The notes below the pieces were generated by a model. It was not told the origin of the DNA, did not search any database, and saw nothing but the letters and a program-made list of their open reading frames with translations. This document shows, one piece after another, positions 46,771 to 59,687 of a stretch of DNA of 64,000 nt (position 1 is its first letter; the number at the start of each line of letters is the position of its first letter). A program made the translations under genes and the position numbers. Origin of the DNA: Lama glama (Eukaryota); contig CM052834.1 of NCBI GenBank assembly GCA_028534125.1, positions 186,001 to 250,000 on the forward strand, given 5' to 3'.

Positions 46771-47661
46771 GGGAGACTAGCTGGCCGCCGGCACTGCCTG
46801 GGTTTCCCAGCCTCTACCCCATCTCCCCCGTCCGCAACTGTTACACATGGGGCGAGGGGCAGAGGAGGACGCGGTCTTTCTGCAGGCCACCTCCATTGCA
46901 GGTCGCCGGGCCGTGGACCCTCGGACCCTCAGTGGGGCTTTTCCCCAAGACCCCTCCCAGGCAGGCTCCCAGCCCCTTTCGCCACTCCTCTCCTCCCCTT
47001 CCTGCCTCTTTGGTCAAAATGAGGAAGTTTCTGATGAAAGGATGAAAGACAGACAAGCATCTGGATGAACCGCTGAGCTGCCGTTTCTGGAGGTTCTGCT
47101 GCAAACTGAGTTCTAGGTTGGCTGTTGGGTTCTTGTATGCAGCCAGGGTCCTAGAAGCCATCAGCTCAGAAAACGAGGAAGTGGTTTGTTGTAAATTACC
47201 CCCTGCCCTCAGTAATCCTGTCAGCTTGGTGGTGGGGGAGGTGGAAGCCGAGGTAGTTTGAAAGGGAAACAATAGAGTAGGTGTAAGAGGAACTGGTGCA
47301 TGGACCTTCTGCTCTGGTGGCAGGACATGTGGCCGGGGGTGCGGCTGCCAGCACTTGAGGAGAGGCCTCTTTGGGGTCTGGGGCTCAGCGTCACCAGAGG
47401 GTCTTGGAGACACCTCTCTCCTTCTCTGTGACTCTAAGGGCAGGGTGGTGGTGGAGTGTTGAGACCAAGGCCAACCTAGACGCCCTGCAGTAGCCCCTGG
47501 GACACGCGGCCCCTGCTTAGGTCTCAGAAGCCCAGGGCTTGGGCAGGTGGGAGCAGCAAGAGACTAGGTCGCTGAGGCTTTTGGCACCAGGAGGTGCACT
47601 TCCGAGGTTGGGGTGTAGCCCTAGGCCTGTGAGGGGCTCCCCCCTCTTGATTCCAGCTGTC

Positions 47662-49284
47662 TTTTTTTTTAAACCACTTTATTGAGATGTCCCACATGCC
47701 ATAAAATTTGCCCATTTAAAGTGGTTTTTAGTATATTCACAGCGTTGTGCGACCATCACCACAATCTTATTTCAAAGCTTCTGAGCACTCCCAGAGGAAA
47801 CTCCAAACACACCATTCTCCCGTCCTTCTCCCCCAGCCCTAGACCCGGCTCATCTACTTTTTTCTCTGGATTTGCCTCGCCTGGGAAGTTTGTGTAAATG
47901 GAATCATACAACATGTGGCCTTTTGTGTCTGGCTCCTTGCACTCAGCATGATGTTTCAGAGTGCATCCATGCCGTAGCATGTATCAGAACTTCATTCCTT
48001 TTATGGCTAAATAATACTCCATTTTATGGATAAACTGCATTTTCTTTATCTATTCAACGGTTGATAGACATTCCGCTTTGGCTGTTTTGAATAATGTTGC
48101 TGTGAACATTCACATACAAGCTTCTGGGTGGACGTGTTTTCATCTCTCTCATATGTATACATACATAGGAGTGGAATTGCTGGGTCATATGAAAACTGTT
48201 AAACGTTTCGAGGAACTGCAAAACTTTCAAAGTGGCCGCACTATTTTACATTCCCACCAGCACGGTGTGGGGTTCCGGCTTCTCCACATTTTACCAGTCC
48301 TGGTTATCGTTTGTCTTTCTGATTCTAGCCATCCTGGTGGGTGTGAAGTGGTGTCTCATTGTGATTTTGATTAGCATTTCCATGATTAATTATGTTGAGT
48401 GTCTTTTTGTGTGCTTATTGACCATTTGTATATCTTTGGAGAAATATCTATTAAAATTATCAAGTTCTAAGGGTTCTTTATACATTCTGGATACAGGTCC
48501 CTTGTCTGAAGAATGATTTGCAAATATTTTTTCTGATTCTGTGGGTTGTCTTTTCACTGATCCTGTCCTTTGAGGCACAAAAGTTTTAATTTTCAAGAAG
48601 TCCAGTTTATCTGTTTCTCTTATATTGCTTGTTCTTTTGGTGTCATATCTAAGAAATCACTGCCCATCCTAAGGCCATAAAGTTTCATTCCTTTGTTCTC
48701 TTACAAGAGTGTTATAGTTTTAGCCCTTATATTTAGGTGTGGCATCTATTTTGACTTAATTTTTGTGTATGATACAAGGTCGGGGCCCAAATGCATACTT
48801 CTGTTCCCTGTGATCCAGTAGTCCCAGCACATTTGCTAGAGAGCCTGTTCTGTACCCAGGTCCTGGCCCCGCTGTCAGAGATGAGTTAACCATGAATATG
48901 AAGGTGCATTTGTGGGCCATCATTTCTGATCTGTTGGTGTGTGTGTTTATCCTTTGCCAGGACTGCGATTACTGCAGCTCGTTGACAAGTTGGGAAGTGT
49001 TGAGTCCACCACGTCTGCTCTATCCTGTGCCCTTGCATTTCTTTATGCAAGGGAACCTTTTGTCACTTCCCCCCCAGAAAAGCCAGCTGGGAGTCTGCGA
49101 AGACCGGTGTTGAGTCTGTGGATCAGTCTGGGGAGTGTCACCATCAGAACAAAATATGTCTTCCGGTTAGAACGGGAACGATCTCATTTATTTAGACCTT
49201 CACTTTCCTTCAGTGACGTTCATAGTTTCCAGTGTACAAGCCTTACACCTCTTTCATTAAGTGTATTCCCAAGTGCTTTATCTT
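47662..49284 (-). mobile_element. Old LINE-1 (L1MB-like) 3' UTR plus degenerate ORF2
   Basis: Poly-T start, L1M 3' UTR motifs (AATGGAATCATACAA..TGTGGCCTTTTGTGTCTGG), peptide VKRQPTESEKIFANHSSDKG. Confidence 0.88.
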
Positions 49285-49447
49285 TTTTTTTACTTTTTTA
49301 ATTGAAGTATAGCCAGTTTACAATGTTGTGTCAATTTCTAGTGTACAGCATGGTGCTTCAGTCGTACATGAACATACATATATTCGTTTTCATATTCTTT
49401 TTCACCGTGAGCTACCACAAGGTGTAACATACAGTTCCCTGTGCTGT
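49285..49447 (-). mobile_element. Younger cetartiodactyl-type L1 3' end nested in the older L1
   Basis: TTTTTTAATTGAAGTATAGCCAGTTTACAATGTTGTGTCAATTTCTAGTGTACAGCA is the reverse complement of an artiodactyl L1 tail as I recall it. Confidence 0.75.
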
Positions 49448-50741
49448 CGAGCGTACCACTTCCTCAGTGCTGCTCTGTTTCTCGGTCTCACTTGCGGGCT
49501 GTTCGTTGCGGACATGTGGAAGGACGGCGGGTCTTGCGGAGACTGTCCTGCAGCCTTGGTGAACTCGTTTATTACCTCCAGGGCTGTCAAGTCAGTATAT
49601 TTTAAAGCGTCTCAGTTGGTTCCAGTGTGTGCAGCCAGGGCTGAAAACCTGTGGGCTGGATCAGTGGTCCCCGAGCCCTTGGGATGGGAGGGGAAGGAGT
49701 TTCCCCAGTGTCTGTGGAGAAGGGTGAGAGGCGGGAAGCTGGGTTCCAAGGAGGCCGAGGGACCAGTGTCCCAAACTCCAGTGTCCTTCTGTCCGGATGA
49801 ACCCGGGTGGACCGAGTGGGTGGAAGGGAGGTCACAGTGTGTCCGGAGTACATGTAGAAGGAGCCCACATGTAAATCAGGCAGTTTCCCTGAGCTCTGCC
49901 TTGATCCTGAACACCGCTGAAAGGGAAGGACTGCCTTCTTACAGCTCTAACAGTGATACCACTAGAGCTGGCAGCCACCTTAGAAATCTGGTTCCCTCCT
50001 CCCAGTAGAACCTCAGGCATATCATTTTGTGTTTGTATAGAAGTCGTGGTTTCACCTTTTTTCTTTAATTGGTATATTTGGAGTCACCCCTGAAAGCAAG
50101 GCTGGTGGGTCCGTGCGTCTCCTCTCAGCTCCTGGGGTGACTTCTTGGGGCGGGTGGAACCTCTCTCTATCCTGACTGGGGTCGTTTGGTTTCTGGTTTG
50201 TGCATGTGGACCAATTACCCCGTTTGTGGTCTCGCTGACTGAGGGTGTGGGCCTGTGGTCCTTGTGGGCAGAAGACAGGGGTCTGTTCTCTGCTGGGCAA
50301 GACTGGACAGAGAGTCGGACGGTTGGGACGTGTCTGTGTGTCCGTGATCTGTCTTGAGCTCAGTTCAGGATTTTGTGCCCACCAGGAAGAACAGGCCCAT
50401 GTTTCTGTGTTTTCTCTGGACCTGGGGCTGACATCCTAGGACGGATGCTGTGTGCCTCCTGTGCTCCGTAATTCACAGAGGCCTCTCTCTCCCCCTCTGG
50501 GTCAATGTGGACATATTTTTTTTTCATTGTTGGGGAGTTAGGTTGTGAAATGTCTTAAATGGAAGGAACTCTATTCTGATTGACTTGTGGGCCTAAATAA
50601 ATGCTTATATAAGTCAAATACTTCTAAAATTTCCAGAAAATCAGGAAATTGTTCTTCTAATAACTTATATGTATTAGACTTTTAAAAGGTTTAAAATGCA
50701 CAGAAATAAACTCAGAAATGTTTTTAAGACTACAGGTTCAT

Positions 50742-50995
50742 AAGCAGACTCAAAGATAGAACAAACCAGTGGTGACCAGTGGGGAGGGGAGGAGGGAGAG
50801 GCAAGACAGGGGCAGGGGATTGAGAGGTGCAAGCTGTTAGGTATAAAATGAGTCAGCTACAAGGATGCGCTGTGCAACACAGGAATGTCAGTATTTTATA
50901 ATAACTGTAAATAGAAGTAACCTTTAAAATTGTGAATCACTGTGTTGCACACCTGTAACTACATGTGTAACAACTATGTTCAAATTTTAAAAAGA
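50742..50995 (+). mobile_element. 5'-truncated L1 3' UTR inserted in an AT-rich ERV-like remnant (about 50450-51420)
   Basis: CAGACTC..AGAACAAACCAGTGGTGACCAGTGGGGAGGG...CCTTTAAAATTGTGAATCACTG...A-rich end; CAGGTTC on both sides. Confidence 0.75.
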
Positions 50996-51628
50996 GTTCA
51001 GGTTCCCATGATTAAGATAAATCTTTGGCAAATGAGAATAAATTAATAATTTTTGGTTAAAAAAGTTTTCTCTGATTTATCAGTATTATACTGAGTATAT
51101 GTAATACTCAATATTCAATATACCAACATAGTGTAATAAATTTTATTCTACTTGGTCCCCTCCAGATTTCTACAGATTTACTTATCAAATGAGCTGATGT
51201 TACTCTTACATAATGTTTAAGGTTATGAAAAACATAAATTTGTTTTCAACTAAATTGACTTGAATTCTGATTGTTTTTAATAGCATTCCAGCTTTGGATG
51301 CTGTACAATAAATTGAGTCAGTTAATGGGCAATCACTGTGTACCTAGATAACGTGGAAATAAGGCAGGATGCTAAAACATTGGTTACCAGGTATAATTTT
51401 AATGGTTTTCAATAAACTAAGCAGAGGCTCTGCCTCTGGCCAGCAAACCTGGTTGTAAGGCCCCGCGCTGCACCTCGAAGGTGTGCTGTGTCGGGGGCTG
51501 GTCCTCCGTCACCACTCACCTGCTTCTCTGTGAAGTGACCTCAGTCACTTGGCTTAAAAGTCACAGAAACACTTGTGTATAAGCTTTTATTTTCAAGGAA
51601 AAGGAGTAGCTGTTTTTTTCCTCTCAAA

Positions 51629-51900
51629 GCAGAGTTTCTCAAGCTTTTTTGGCCTCTGGATGCTTTTACATATAAAAACTACTGAGGAGCCTGGAAAGCT
51701 TTTAAGTTTTATCTGTTTTTTTTTTGTTAGAAATTAAAACTGGAGAAAATTTAAAATATTGTTGATCTGTTTGAAAACACCAGCATGCCTGCTGCTTGTG
51801 AACATAATTACGTGTATTTTGCAAAACAACATTTTTAGTGAGAACGACATTGTTGCGTATTTTTGCAGGTCTCTTAAATGTCTTGAGTCTAAAAAGAAGC
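51629..51900 (+). mobile_element. hAT-Charlie (Charlie1-like) DNA transposon relic
   Basis: CAGAGTTTCTCAAGCTTTTTTGG...AAAACTACTGAGGAGCC..AGCTTTT resembles the Charlie1 terminus. Confidence 0.6.
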
Positions 51901-52887
51901 TGTGAAACTCCCAATTTAGCAGAGTTTGTCTCGATGGTCTTGCCTTTGCTGTCAGAAAGAGAGATTATTATCTGCCAAGTGGGTGGCAGAGAGTCTGTAA
52001 AACAGAATGTTTGCTATTTTGTGTCTTTGGGGGAAACAGCCCCACGGAGGACAAAGGCGCACCACTCATGATGAGCTAAGGTCTTGAGTTTCGTTCACTC
52101 TTGACCAGATCCTGTTTCTCAGCATCCATGGTCCCATCTGTCAGTGCCCAAGTGGACTCTGGCAGCACTTCCGAAGACTGGACCCTGAGATTAGGAAAAA
52201 AAACTTCCCACGATATCTTTTACACCTAAAGCGAGACTTCCCAGAGTGCCCCTGGAGAGTCCCAAAGGTTGTTCACCTTACAAAAAGATATATTATAAAA
52301 TTAATGACATCTGTTTGAAGTGTTGTAAGAGCTTTGTGGGAAGAGTGGTCAGAAGAGGTGCAGCCCCTTGGTTACGTGTCTGGGTAAAATGTCACTAATG
52401 TAAGTAACTCAAACTGTGCTTTGTGGGAGCGCTTTTGCTGTCCACGATCCGGTTTTATTCCCGGGAAAACACTGATGGGGTTTGTTCTGCGCGGTACCCA
52501 AGAGAGGCGACCCCCTTCTGTTGTGACTTCGTTGGTTAGAGAAATCTGTGAGTCACTCCCAGCGGCCAAGTGGTCAGCGACTGGGGCGTCCACAGCGGGG
52601 AAGGCTGGCGTCTGCACCTGACCTTTCCAGACCAGGCTTCCTCTCATCTGGCTTTAGCAGCCGAGCCTCAACTCAGGTGCGGCCCCGCCCTGCAGGCAGC
52701 ATACACTGGACACCGGGGTTTGCCTGGAATGCTGCCGACATTTTAATTTCCACTTTCTAGACACACAAGGAAACTTTCTTAAACTGTCAGCCATAAAAAT
52801 CTGGCAGACAACTGACATCTGGCTCTTACCTGCAGAATTCTTGTTAAGCCTCCTCGTTTTGTGTGGTGATACAGGGTTTTTTCCAAA

Positions 52888-53640
52888 CTTTTTTTTATTG
52901 CGGTAGATACAGAATTTACCTTTTTAACTATTCTAAGTGTACAGTTTAGTGGCATTGATAAGGAATTAATTCTCTAAAAAGCAGACGGCTTCTCATGCAA
53001 GTGGGATCAGACAACATGTGTTCCTGTGTCTGGCTTGTTTCATTCACAGCATGTCCTCGCCATCCCATAATGTCCACAGTCACATAATGCTCACACTGTC
53101 ACATGGTGTCCACGTTGTCACAGGTGTCAGAATTGCCTTCTCTTTTGTGCATGTGGTAAAATACACACAAATTTTTCCGTTTTAACTGTTTCCAAACGTA
53201 CAAGCAGAGGCTTGTGAAGCCCACGCACGTGGCTGTGGCCCCGTCCCCCCGGCCCCGGCAGACCTCAGTCCACTGTCTGTGAGTTCGACCCCCAGGGACC
53301 TCAGAGAATCGCAGAGAATCTGCCGTTTTGTGTCTGGCTTATGTCACTCACACAATGTCCTCCAGGTCCCTGTGTGTGGTACTAGGTGCTGGAATTTCCT
53401 TTTTGCGGCTGATTGTATTTACCGTGTGGATGGGCACATTTCGCTTGTCTGCTCACCTGTTGAGGGACACTGTTTGCACCTTGGAGCTGCTGTGAGTAAT
53501 GCGGCCGGGAAGGCCGGGGTGCAGCCCGTCTGTCCTGCTCTCACTTCCTATTCACTTCCTGTATACCTGGGGGCAGAGCTGCTGGAGCAGACCATGATTC
53601 TGTATATAATTTTTTTTGAAAACCGCCATACCGTCCTTTT
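52888..53640 (-). mobile_element. Degenerate L1M 3' UTR fragments
   Basis: Poly-T + TTTAAC..AAGTGTACAGTTTAGTGGCATT and repeated TGTGTCTGGCTT motifs. Confidence 0.65.
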
Positions 53641-54258
53641 GTTTTTTTAACCTGGATTTAGTAACACTGGACGAATTGAGAGCCCTTGTTCCTGAGTGAT
53701 GCTCATGTGCTTGGGTGTGACAAGCCGCTTGTCACAGAACTGAGTTGTCTTGGGGGCAAACCTGCAGAGCCGCAGGGAAGCCAGTCTGGCCAGGGGTCCC
53801 TGGTGGTGGTGGGAGGAGGGTCACTTCCAGGGGGCCTGGAAGGGCGGCGGGAGACCGAATATTCGGACAGACAGTGGGCCGACTGTATGCTAACAGAGGA
53901 GGCCCCTGCCCAGGAGGCCAGCCTGGTAGGTCGAGTCAGACTGCTCTCTGGCGACGTCCTGGAAGCTACATATTACCTCAGGACTTGGTCAGTAACTGAC
54001 AGCTTCCCTGGTTTTTGTTCCTGCTTCCACCCTGGGTCTGCATTGGACTCTGCCCTCCAGGAACCTCCCTCATCGCAAAGCTCTCCCACCCTCTCCTGCC
54101 AGGTGCCAGTGTCTGGATAAACGGCCCTTGCTCCCCATGGCTGGGCTCCCCTTTTTTCCAGAGGAATTCTTACACCTTTGTGGGAACTGCAGGTGAAGCC
54201 TGTGGAGTTTTAGGCCTGGCTCCTACCCTCAGGCAGCAAAAAGCCCAGTCCGAGCTCA

Positions 54259-54800
54259 TTGCTGAACTCAGGTTCACCTGCTTGCCACTCAGAAGCCATT
54301 GTCGAGGCAGGTGTCAGTAGAAAGGAAGGTGCTTTAATCAGAAAAGCCGGCAGTCTGGGGAGAAAGTGGACTCTTGCTCAGAGACCACGCCGAAGGCCCT
54401 GCTCTGCTGGGGTGTTTTCAAAGGGAGAAGGGGGGACAGTCCTCCCTGCACGGACTGATGGACTCTTCAGATGTTACTCTGCCCACGATCTGCCTGCGGG
54501 GTTGCCAGGGGGCTGTGGGGGCGGAGAGCTAGCACGGCCGTCATCCGGTCAGACTAGGCGTGGTGTGCATTCACGGAGCCTAAGTTAGGAGTTGGTTTCA
54601 GTTGCTTTCATTCCTGTAATTAGGTTCTCTTAAGGGTTAGAGGGGAACAGAAATGCGTGAACAGGCAAGGGCTGCTTTCAAGCTTCCTTACGAAAATTTC
54701 CAGACCGAAGTCGATTCTGTGCCTTTGGTAGCTGTTTAATGCCACGGATCTAAATTTGCAAAAGAAACAGAGGAGGCCTCGCTGGTTAACTAACGCTGCT
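54259..54800 (-). mobile_element. Probable solo ERV LTR in BID intron 1
   Basis: Resembles artiodactyl ERV1 LTRs; minus-strand ATTAAA (GCTTTAATC about 54332-54340); boundaries approximate. Confidence 0.45.
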
Positions 54801-55633
54801 GCTGCCAGGATGGGCCCGTGAGGCAGCCTAGTGAGACCGCCTGTGTGTGAGAGTCATCTAAGCCCAGGCTGGAGACTGTCTGGAGAAACTGCGAAAGACC
54901 CACATGCACAAAACCCCCGCGTGTTCCGGCCAGCTGGCCCTCTCTGGGTTTCTCGATTTGGGGCTACTGAAGGCCTCTGTAAGTGGCAGGAGACTGGTGC
55001 TAGTGCCAGCGACGTGCCCAGACATGCGACACCCTGCCTCCTTTCCTGTGGGTGTGGAGTGGTTTTATCGTCTTACTCTTTTCTCCATTAAATAGTGAGT
55101 TCAGTAAAATCTAGTATGTGTTCATTTAAGAAGGAAAAGTCGCTCCCCGGCAGGTCTGGGTCTTTTTGTGCATCTGTGGCTATAGACACATCAGCACAGC
55201 TGACCCTGGAACAGCAGGTCCACTCATGCCCATGGTTTTCATTAAAAAATGCCACACGGCCCCGGGCTGTTGTCTGAGAGTGCAGAGTGCAGGTCTGGGT
55301 GAATTCTGCGCAGATTAACCCCCGCGTGGTTCAAGGGTTGTTCAAAGGGTTAGGATATTTTGTGAAGACGGGAATGCGGCCAGTGTGAGTGCCATGGTCA
55401 TGGACCAGGCGGGGGCGGCCGGTGAGGTGCTTCTGTGGAGAGCATCCTGATGCTGGTTCCTCAGAGCGGGGTGGCGGGGGGGGGGGGCTGTGGCTATGGC
55501 CGTGGTTTGGCCTCTTCCCTGGGGGCTGTTCTGTCTGCTGTGTCCTGATGCTGACAGTGGCTCCCGCTCTGCCCCCTGCCTGTCTGCCTCCACCTGTGTC
55601 TTTGCTCTTGGCCCCTTTCCTCCCAGACACTCA

Positions 55634-55678
55634 GCCCGCCCCGCCCCACCCCGCCCCGCCCCACCCCGCCCCGCCCCA
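55634..55678 (+). repeat. 15-bp x3 GC-box array (CCCCGCCCCGCCCCA)
   Basis: Three tandem units, nine C-runs. Confidence 0.9.
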
Positions 55679-56459
55679 TAGGGTGCATGGGCTGGGGATG
55701 CATGAGGCCAGGGCACCCGGGACAGGGAGGTGGAGGCCACTCTGCCCTTCCTCCCTGAAGAGGAGCTGGCTGTCCGTTTTGTCTGTCTTGTCCTCCTGGG
55801 TGTTTAGGAACCGTGTGGAATGAGCGGGTGTGGCGTTTTGCTCTCCCAGATGCCAGCTCACTTGGTTCAGCCCCGTCTCCAGTGGGCTCATCTGGTCCCT
55901 TCTTGACGCTGGATTGTTTAGTCTGTAAGATATGCTGAATGGAAGCTTTAACCTTCTGTGTAACTGTCAGATATTCTTTCTCCTTTCTGTGGGAAGTTTC
56001 TCTTCTCTGCCCTTGAAGCCACGCTCATGGGGAGCTGGCCTGCCTGGCCACCGCTCGAGTGTGCACCACGGAGTCAGGGTCCGTGTGGTGTGCCCTGGGT
56101 GGTGGCTGAGGGGAGGCCTGTGCTCGGGTGGTGGCAGTGATGCAGAGACCCCCAGGGACGCTGGGTCCTATTCATGGAGGCAGCTCGGTGCGTGGGGAGT
56201 CTGTCTGCCCTATTTGCCTGAGCCATGAACTCGGGGTGGGGCCTCAGTCTCCATAACGGGGTTCTGCGCTCCCCAAGTTTCAAGCTGCAGAGGAAGTGGG
56301 AGCCCAGGGTGCGCACAGTTGGGAAGGACGGCTCCCCTCTTCCCTGAGGGGTCCTGGAGTGGGTGTCCCTGCAGGAACCAGCACCCACCCTGTGTGTGTT
56401 CTCTTCCAGGCCACCAACTTGGACCCCTGAGAGCCGGAGCCCGCCAGGCTGCCTAGGCC

Positions 56460-56471
56460 ATGGATTCTAAG
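56460..56471 (+). CDS. BID: BID first coding exon, CDS part MDSK (whole exon 56410-56471)
   Basis: TTCTCTTCCAG acceptor ending 56409, Kozak GCCATGG, in-frame upstream TAG 56454, AAG|GTCAGA donor. Confidence 0.92.
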
Positions 56472-58183
56472 GTCAGATGCTGTGGTTGTCCCAGGGGAGG
56501 CTTGGGGGGGCAGCCCTGCGGAAGGAGCCTCTCACTCACAACTTCCTGGAGCACGGGGGGAGAAAACGGGCCTCTCTCGTCCCCTCGCCCCTCTTGTCCT
56601 CACCGAAGGACAAGGAGGCTTTCTGATTGAAGGCCTCTGAAAGGCTGGGAGCTCCTGGGAGTGGTTACCTCGGGCAGTATGGGCCAGCCCCCTTGGTGCC
56701 TGCCTTCTCGGTGCCTAAATGCTGCCGGGTGCCTTGAATGAACACGGGCGCGAGAAGGAATCATGGCGTTGCCAGTCATATCTGCCTGGTCTTCCTTCCT
56801 CTTCTGTCATGTCAGGGCCCAGCATCAGGTACCCCCAGTCCCACCAGCCCCTGTAGGAGGCGTCTGAGGAGGTGGGACTGTGAGCTCGGTGCCCGGGTTC
56901 CTGAGCAGCATCTGGCACCTGAAGGGTCTCGGTGTGAACCTTGCAAACATCCTTCTACAGGGATGTCAGCCACGCTGTTACCTGCCGGGTGCTGCAGGAG
57001 AAATGTCAGCTGGTAGAACAGAAGGGGTCTGGGGAGCTGCCCTTGTGCTGGCGAAGGCCTGTTATCAGGGTCCAAATTGCCCTACGGTGCCCCCTCTGAC
57101 TTGCGCCCAGGGCGCCGGCCGCTGGTCCTGCGTCTCCGACACCTGAACCGGGTGGGGGGGGCTGCGGAACCCTTCCCTTTTTACTTTTTCCTTCCAGCAG
57201 AGACTCGGGAGTCCCCCAGCGTTAGTTCGTGAGGAGACTCGCAGGCGCCTCCTCTTCCCCCACCAGAATTTGCATCTTGTATCTCTTTCTGACTTACATT
57301 ATTTTCCAGTTTAAAAAAAAAATACAGTAAAATGTACATAGTGTAAAATTAACCACTGTAACGTTTTTAAAGCATAAGCTCAGTGGCAGTGCTTGTGCTC
57401 ACCCTGTTCTGTGGCCGCCACCGCCCGGCCCCTCGTCCTGTGCTTCCTGGAACAGTGGCTGCTTCGGGGGCCACACGGGTGGGGGACTCACGCAGCGTGA
57501 CCTCTTGTGTCTGACCTCACCGAGCACAGTGTCTCGGGTTTGGGGGTTTTGTGTGTTTGTGTGGTGGTGTTTAGCCACACTGTAGTGTTCTTCTGTGATG
57601 TTTTTTTTTTGGTATTTAGAAGAGCAAGAAATGAAATTGGTTTTAGGGCTTGCGTGTTTGGTGTTGCCTTCTCTAGGTTTGGACACCAGCACTTTTCCAG
57701 TGTATCAGACACGCTGGCTACCTGTCCATCGTTTTTTCTGCATTGGAACTGACTTTATAGCGAGAGGTACTTTGGTCCAGCAAGGTTTCCTAAGTCTTCA
57801 TCATTTCTCGTAACTCAGTTTCCCTGTGACCTAAAGGGGCAGCCATCAGAGCACCCGCCTCTGAGACGTTCATGTCAACGGTGGTCACTGGTCCCTCCTT
57901 GGCCCGTCCCCGGCTTGTCCCCGGCCTAGCTGGTTCTTGGTGCTGGGCCGACTGCCCATCCTGGGGTCCAGTCCAGCCTGTTGCTGTCACACTGTCAGAA
58001 CGGACCCCGTCCATGGGCTGCCCGCTCGCAGCTTTGGGACCCACGCCCCTAACATGAAACGCTTCCCTCCCACCTTCTTGGATGCTCGACCTGGCAAAGT
58101 CGGTGGCAACTAGTGCGCTGCAGCCAGGCTCTGGGACCCCATTTGCCAGCCTCTAGGTGAAGGGAGTCCAGGCAGAAATGGCC

Positions 58184-58515
58184 TGATTTAGTTTCCTGGG
58201 GCCGCAGCCACGAAGCCCCACAAACTGGGTGTTTTCCCTCCGTGTCCAGAGGTCTGAGGTCCAGGTGTTGAAGGGTGGGTTCCTCCTGGAGGCTCTCCTG
58301 GTGCCTGGCTGTCTGGGCAGACATATCACTCTGGCTCCTGCCCTGTCTTCCCATTGCATCTGCCCCTCCTTTCTCTTGTAGAGACACCAGTCTTTGGATG
58401 GAGGGTCCTCCCTAGTCCACTGTGGCCCGACCTTAGCTCATGCCATCTGCAAAGACCCCATATCTGGGAAAGGTCCTGGGGTCAGGGCTAGGATGGCTCT
58501 GGGGGCACCGTCAGC
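58184..58515 (-). mobile_element. MLT1 (MaLR) LTR relic
   Basis: TTAGTTTCCTGGGGCCG...CACAAACTGGGTG, GACACCAGTC..TGGAT and CATCTGCAAAGACCC motifs. Confidence 0.75.
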
Positions 58516-58767
58516 TGCATGGCCTCGGCCCCGGTTCCTCCTTCCCCACCAGGAACCTCCCTGAGGCAGAAGGGAAGCACTTTGAGTTTCTAAGTTGCCT
58601 TGTGCCACCTGGCCTCACCGTAAAGATTTAATACGTAGAGCTTTATGTACATTTTTACCTTTTTCAGGAGTAATTCTGGAGAAGGCTTAATGGCAACATA
58701 TGAGCACCTGACTATGCATGTTATTTATTTAAAACAATTTGTTCTCTAAAAGTTTTCTGATTTTTCT

Positions 58768-58905
58768 TTTTGCAATTTTTTTTTATTTTGGTGGTGGTGG
58801 TGGAGGGAACTAATTGTATTTAATTTTACAATTTTTTTTTAATGGAGATACTGGGGATTGAACCTAGGACCTCATGCATGCTAAGCACACGCTCTACCCT
58901 CACCC
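58768..58905 (-). mobile_element. tRNA-Ala-derived camelid SINE with A-box deletion
   Basis: Reverse complement reads GGGTAGAGCGTGTGCTTAGCATGCATGAGGTCCTAGGTTCAATCCCCAGTATCTCCATTAAAA; perfect 17-bp TSD AGTTTTCTGATTTTTCT (58751-58767 / 58906-58922). Confidence 0.92.
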
Positions 58906-59485
58906 AGTTTTCTGATTTTTCTAATGAAAAACATTAGGGACCTGGAAGCAACTGCTACCTGCACCTGTGTTTTCCTCTCGTGGCCACTTCTAGCCCGGGA
59001 CGTGTGTCCGTGGGCCCTGCTCTGGGCAGGTGCCAGGCGGTGCCCGTCGTCCCAGCTCTTGGGGGTGGGGGTCTGCCGTCATCCAGCCGCTGTGCGTGTG
59101 CGCCTGCAGTCAGCGCCCCGGGAGTCCCTCCTGGTTCCCTTGGGGCCGCCTCGGCTTCGACAGGCGGCATCCTGTCCTGGTAGTTCTCTCTGTAGGCTCG
59201 GTCAAGGGGCTTACCCACCTGAGCCGGCCACAGCTGGCCAAAGGCAGATGCTGTCTGTGGTCACAACTGCCCGGTCTGTACTGAAAACCTGCTGGATGCG
59301 TGGCCAGTGAAGGACGGGGGGCCTGGCAAAGCGCGTTGATGCAGGGCTGTCCGCTAAGTCTGCGTCTGCCTGGCTTCCGTCCCCGAGAGGAGCCACTTCT
59401 GCAGCAGCAGCACTTTGCCCTCACCTGCGGGCGGGCACGCGGGTCCCCGGGCCAGCGAGGCCGTCTCAGGTGGCTTTCATCTCAG

Positions 59486-59687
59486 GTCAGCAACGGTGCA
59501 GGCCCCCAGGATGAGCGCATCACCAGCCTGCTGGTGTTCAGCTTCCTCCAGAGCTGCTCCCCCTCCAGTTTCCACAGAGAGCTGGAGGCACTGGGCCACC
59601 AGCTCCCCATGTGCACGGCCCTCGACGATGAGCTGCAGACAGATGGCAGCCAGTGGAGCCACCCCCTCGGGGGCGCAGCGGACACAG
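59486..59687 (+). CDS. BID: BID exon ([24 protein letters not shown]...[20 protein letters not shown]) with caspase-8 site LQTD|G
   Basis: CAG acceptor, CAG|GTAGGC donor; ITxLLVFxFLQ and ELQTDG are BID hallmarks. Confidence 0.96.

Noticed and set aside
59465-59469. Duplicate CTCAG acceptor 16 nt upstream of BID exon 3
   Set aside because: Would frameshift after MDSK and has a poor pyrimidine tract
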